Shown here: in pieces, positions 60,711 to 64,000 of the stretch
How positions within the stretch are numbered: the first letter of the stretch is position 1
Layout of the letters: each line of letters starts with the position of its first letter
DNA from: an uncultured Desulfatitalea sp.
GTDB taxonomy: Bacteria; Desulfobacterota; Desulfobacteria; Desulfobacterales; Desulfosarcinaceae
NCBI GenBank assembly: GCA_963668675.2
Contig: CAXXMB010000002.1
Span: forward strand, 1,568,001-1,632,000
Direction: 5' to 3'
Length of the DNA stretch: 64,000 nt
The notes under the pieces: generated by a model
What the model saw: the letters and a program-made list of their open reading frames with translations, nothing else
Told to the model about the DNA's origin: nothing
Database searches by the model: none
Made by a program: the position numbers and the translations under genes

Positions 60711-60956
60711 ATGAAAACGCTTATGGATAAAATAGGCCAAATACAAAATAAAATTACTTCAAACACATTGTTGGGTATGGATATGCATGGTGTACGTGTA
60801 CACACGGGGCCGAAAGGACCCGCTCCACTTAGGGCCAAAGCCTATGCGCAAGGATCTGAGATCCATTTAAGACCAGACCAGGGGAACCTTTACCTTTTGT
60901 CCCATGAGGCATCCCACGTTGTGCAGCAAAGACAAGGAAGAGTAAAACCGACGTAA
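60711..60956 (+). CDS. Stand-alone DUF4157 (eCIS core) domain protein
   Basis: VRVHT...AKAYAQGSEIH...LLSHEASHVVQQRQG with HExxH; AAGGAG RBS. Confidence 0.8.
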   Translation: MKTLMDKIGQIQNKITSNTLLGMDMHGVRVHTGPKGPAPLRAKAYAQGSEIHLRPDQGNLYLLSHEASHVVQQRQGRVKPT

Positions 60957-60969
60957 CAGAGGGGCACCC

Positions 60970-62157
60970 TCACTCTGTCCGTTCCTTAAAAATCCGTTCC
61001 GTCTCCTTCATGAAGGCCGTTATCGATGTGCTGTCAGCGGTCAAGGCGCGGGACGGTTTCAATCCCCGGTGATGATAACGTTTTCCATTGGGAGGCAATA
61101 AATAGCCGCTGGTGAAGATGAGCGCCGAACCGTCACTCAACTCGGCAACCTCTTGTGTCGTACCTTTACCGTAGCTTTTCAAACCAATGGATAGGGCTCG
61201 GCGGTTTTCCGTAAGGGCGGCGACGAAGACCTCTGCTGCGCTGGCCGTGTTCTCATTTTGCCAGATCACCAGCGGATAGGCCGTGTAGTATGCCGCGGTG
61301 GTGCTCCGATAGGGCTGGACCGCGTCGCGGGATTTAATCGTTACGATAGGCGCCCCTTTATTCAAAAAGAGCATGGCTGCATCGATGCTTTTAAAAAGGT
61401 CTCCTCCGGGATTGTCTCGCAAATCAAGCACCAGGCGTGTTCCCAGCGGCAGCTCTTCCAGTGCGTATTGCAGCTGCCGCTTGGTGCCGCTGTCAAAATA
61501 GTGAATCTTGACGATGGTCAGGCCGGACGCTTTTTCGACGGTCACCGAGTGGGTCTGAATCCGCTCTCTGACGACGTCGACCCGGTGCCGCCCCCCGCCC
61601 TTTTTGACAATCCATATGTTGACGCGCGTCCCGCCGGCTCCCATCAACCATGACGCCACGACATACACCGATTGGCCGGCCACCGACTGCCCGTCAATGG
61701 CGTCTATGCGGTCCCCCTTCTCAATCCCGGCCTGTTGGGCCGGAGAATCGGGCATGGGAAAGCAGACAATCTCTCCGGATTCACGCTTTTCGATCTCCAT
61801 ACCGACACCGGCGTAGTTGGCTTTATGCGATACCTGGAAGGCAGAAAACTCCTCTGGCAAAAGAAAGATGGCATTTGGATCATTGCGTTGTAAAAAGCGG
61901 TTCAACGCTACCGGGTCGTCCACGACAGATGGGATGTTTCCGTCATAAAAGAGGCCTTGGGCTTTGAACGTGGTCAAAGCCTCCACCAAAGCCGGCGCGG
62001 TGTCGCCCCGACCTTGAGAGATGGGTCTGCCGGTGGGGCTGTTTGCCTCCGGTCCTTTTTCAGAACAGGCGTCCGAAAAAACCATCAGCAACAGCCCGAT
62101 AAAAACCAGGCCGGTTGCTCGGGTAATGTCCGACACGGAGATCGTTGGGTGGGTCAT
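60970..62157 (-). CDS. S41 family C-terminal processing peptidase with PDZ domain
   Basis: GVGMEI, SPAQQAGI..GD, LDLRDNPGG, TASAAE and SYGKG motifs. Confidence 0.92.
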   Translation of the reverse strand: MTHPTISVSDITRATGLVFIGLLLMVFSDACSEKGPEANSPTGRPISQGRGDTAPALVEALTTFKAQGLFYDGNIPSVVDDPVALNRFLQRNDPNAIFLLPEEFSAFQVSHKANYAGVGMEIEKRESGEIVCFPMPDSPAQQAGIEKGDRIDAIDGQSVAGQSVYVVASWLMGAGGTRVNIWIVKKGGGRHRVDVVRERIQTHSVTVEKASGLTIVKIHYFDSGTKRQLQYALEELPLGTRLVLDLRDNPGGDLFKSIDAAMLFLNKGAPIVTIKSRDAVQPYRSTTAAYYTAYPLVIWQNENTASAAEVFVAALTENRRALSIGLKSYGKGTTQEVAELSDGSALIFTSGYLLPPNGKRYHHRGLKPSRALTADSTSITAFMKETERIFKERTE

Positions 62158-62176
62158 GGGAAGCCTGAACCGTCCT

Positions 62177-62641
62177 CTACTGTAGACGCTTTCGATGCTT
62201 GGATTTAAGCCCCAACAGCAGATAGTTGCGAATCTCCTGCTGCAGCTCCAGAATCTGCTGCTCCTTAGCCGCTTCAGCGTCACCAGACGCTGCCATTCGT
62301 GCCAACGATGCTTGTTTTGCCTCCAGTGCCTCGATCTCCTGATTGATCTCTTCGATCTCCTGACCCTGCTCCTCAGCCATGGCAGCCAGCTGCCGGTTTT
62401 GATGTATCATCTGGTCGAGTTCTCTGTTCAGCTGTTGGGCGGTCAGCCTGGTCCGGTCAAGCCTATCGACCAAAAGCGCCTGGTGCTTCCCAAGGCGCTC
62501 CCTCTGCGCCTCCAATTCTCTCAACTGGACCTCCTTCAAGGCGATCCGCCCCTCTGTTTCGCTGATCTCCTCTTGCATCTGCATGATTGTGCAGCCCATC
62601 AGAATGAACACGACAATGATTGGGATTGCAGCTTTTTGCAT
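62177..62641 (-). CDS. Coiled-coil lipoprotein
   Basis: LMGC lipobox followed by heptad-rich Q/E/L helices. Confidence 0.75.
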   Translation of the reverse strand: MQKAAIPIIVVFILMGCTIMQMQEEISETEGRIALKEVQLRELEAQRERLGKHQALLVDRLDRTRLTAQQLNRELDQMIHQNRQLAAMAEEQGQEIEEINQEIEALEAKQASLARMAASGDAEAAKEQQILELQQEIRNYLLLGLKSKHRKRLQ

Positions 62642-62676
62642 GGTTCCTTCCCCTATCCAGCAGATCCGACAGCAGA

Positions 62677-63288
62677 TTATACTTTCACACGCTGGCTGAT
62701 GCCGGCCAATTTTTCTATATTGGTTTCAAGTCCGGCCAATTGCTCCTCCAGGGTCCTGATCTGCAGATCGAGCTCGCTCACTTTCGATGTCGACGTGTTT
62801 TCGGCCGAAAAGCTCCGCCGAAAGGCCTGGAGTTCAGCCAGTTCACTGTCCAGCCGCGCTTTGTCGTTCATGACCTTTTCATTGATTTGAGCCAACTGCG
62901 CCTTTTTGAGACGGCCCGCCGCCACCTCGTCCTCTATCTTTTCCAGATCCGCAATCAGCTTCTGGTTGTAGTGGCTGGTTTCGTCGTTGACGGCCTGAGC
63001 ATATTCAATGCGGGCGTCCAGATCGTTTTCACGCCCTTCCAATTTGGCCTTCTCCCTATTCAAGTGGGCTGCCAAGCCGTATCCGATGGCGCCGCCGATG
63101 GCGGCACCGATGACCGCGCCGGTCACGGTGCTCTCCGTGTCCTTTCCGAACACCTGGCCGATGAGCGCTCCGACGGCGGCCCCAATGGTCGCGCCTTCAC
63201 CCGCGGCTTTCTTCTCCTGGGACATGCCGCTGCACGCTGTGAATAAAAGCAAGCAGGCAATTAAAATGGCAGCAATCGGTCTGTTCAT
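62677..63288 (-). CDS. Glycine-zipper coiled-coil lipoprotein
   Basis: FTAC lipobox, GATIGAAVGALIG...GAVIGAAIGGAIG, C-terminal coiled coil. Confidence 0.82.
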   Translation of the reverse strand: MNRPIAAILIACLLLFTACSGMSQEKKAAGEGATIGAAVGALIGQVFGKDTESTVTGAVIGAAIGGAIGYGLAAHLNREKAKLEGRENDLDARIEYAQAVNDETSHYNQKLIADLEKIEDEVAAGRLKKAQLAQINEKVMNDKARLDSELAELQAFRRSFSAENTSTSKVSELDLQIRTLEEQLAGLETNIEKLAGISQRVKV

Positions 63289-63335
63289 CTTTTCCTCCCT
63301 GGACATCCTGTACAGCGATGATGGTGATAAGAGGG

Positions 63336-64000
63336 TCAGCAAAATTTTCGAATGGCCTCTTTCCACGCCTCTATGGAAACGGCCTGGCCTGCGAATTCGT
63401 TGAAATGGCGCCACACCACAGCGAGGTTGTCCAGGCTGCCCCCTTTGTGCTGCAGTGTCTGAACATATTTCTGGTAGGCGGCATCTCGAATCGCCGGACG
63501 GATCGCCTTTAACTCTCTGAAGGTTTCGACATACTTTGCAAATCCGTCATCGATGTTCTGCACCAGCTCGGCGATTTGATTCCGATAGGCGGTGGTAAGG
63601 GCACTGTCTCCAATGGATTCTGCAATCCCAAGGTTCGCTTCGCTGGCGGCCATATCGTTTAGATCCCGACATATGTAAGCCGCCGTCTGGTAGGCCTTCC
63701 GAATGGCGTCATAGGCGATCCGCGGCATCTCATCCGTCCTCGGCAGATCGACATTCAAATCGCTCTTCTTATGCTTCTGAATGGTGACAGTGCGCGCAAA
63801 ATCTTCAAAGCCCTCCATCTTGATGACCACGTCATACGCGCCGGGTGACAGCGATATTTCGAATGGAGAAAGCCCGCTCGGCTCACCGCCGATGAAAACC
63901 TCCGCAGCCTCAGGCGTTGTCGTCACAACCAAGGTTCCGGGCCAGGGAACAAAAAGGTAGGCCAGGATCAATGCCGCGGCCAAGGCGAATGCGGTTGCCC
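63336..64000 (-). CDS. PEGA domain membrane protein (5' end outside the window)
   Basis: TM followed by GTLVVTTTPEAAEVFIGG..G.SP....PG.Y.V.I..EGF; the frame is open to the window edge. Confidence 0.8.
   Translation of the reverse strand, partial: ATAFALAAALILAYLFVPWPGTLVVTTTPEAAEVFIGGEPSGLSPFEISLSPGAYDVVIKMEGFEDFARTVTIQKHKKSDLNVDLPRTDEMPRIAYDAIRKAYQTAAYICRDLNDMAASEANLGIAESIGDSALTTAYRNQIAELVQNIDDGFAKYVETFRELKAIRPAIRDAAYQKYVQTLQHKGGSLDNLAVVWRHFNEFAGQAVSIEAWKEAIRKFC

Overview
GC-rich chromosomal window, probably from a sulfate-reducing deltaproteobacterium (Desulfobacterales-like, inferred from gene content and repeat types). I found no rRNA, tRNA, CRISPR array or intact transposase. Most of the window is metabolic and regulatory: efflux, two PAS hybrid kinases, RNA-modification genes, a sigma54-linked copper/zinc cluster, and several TetR/GntR-regulated acyl-CoA catabolic operons with visible palindromic operators. 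The most notable locus is a RiPP (ribosomally synthesised, post-translationally modified peptide) cluster at about 53.9-60.4 kb. It has a 54-aa double-glycine precursor missing from the ORF track (60264-60428, minus), a radical SAM/SPASM maturase, a pseudo-radical-SAM partner, and a convergent C39-peptidase ABC exporter with a short adaptor. This resembles the GG-Bacteroidales system but sits in an apparently non-Bacteroidetes host. Other items worth a look: a CHASE2 cyclase/FecR-TPR-beta-barrel/Crp signalling module with an AT-rich swapped 3' cassette; an RsmG-TrmH fusion; an operon joining a methyltransferase, a DDxxD terpene-synthase-like protein, an ABC transporter and a diheme cytochrome that abuts a hipA remnant; tandem YebG paralogues; a stand-alone DUF4157 domain; and REP/MITE-like palindromes. 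All family calls are by motif recognition, without database searches.
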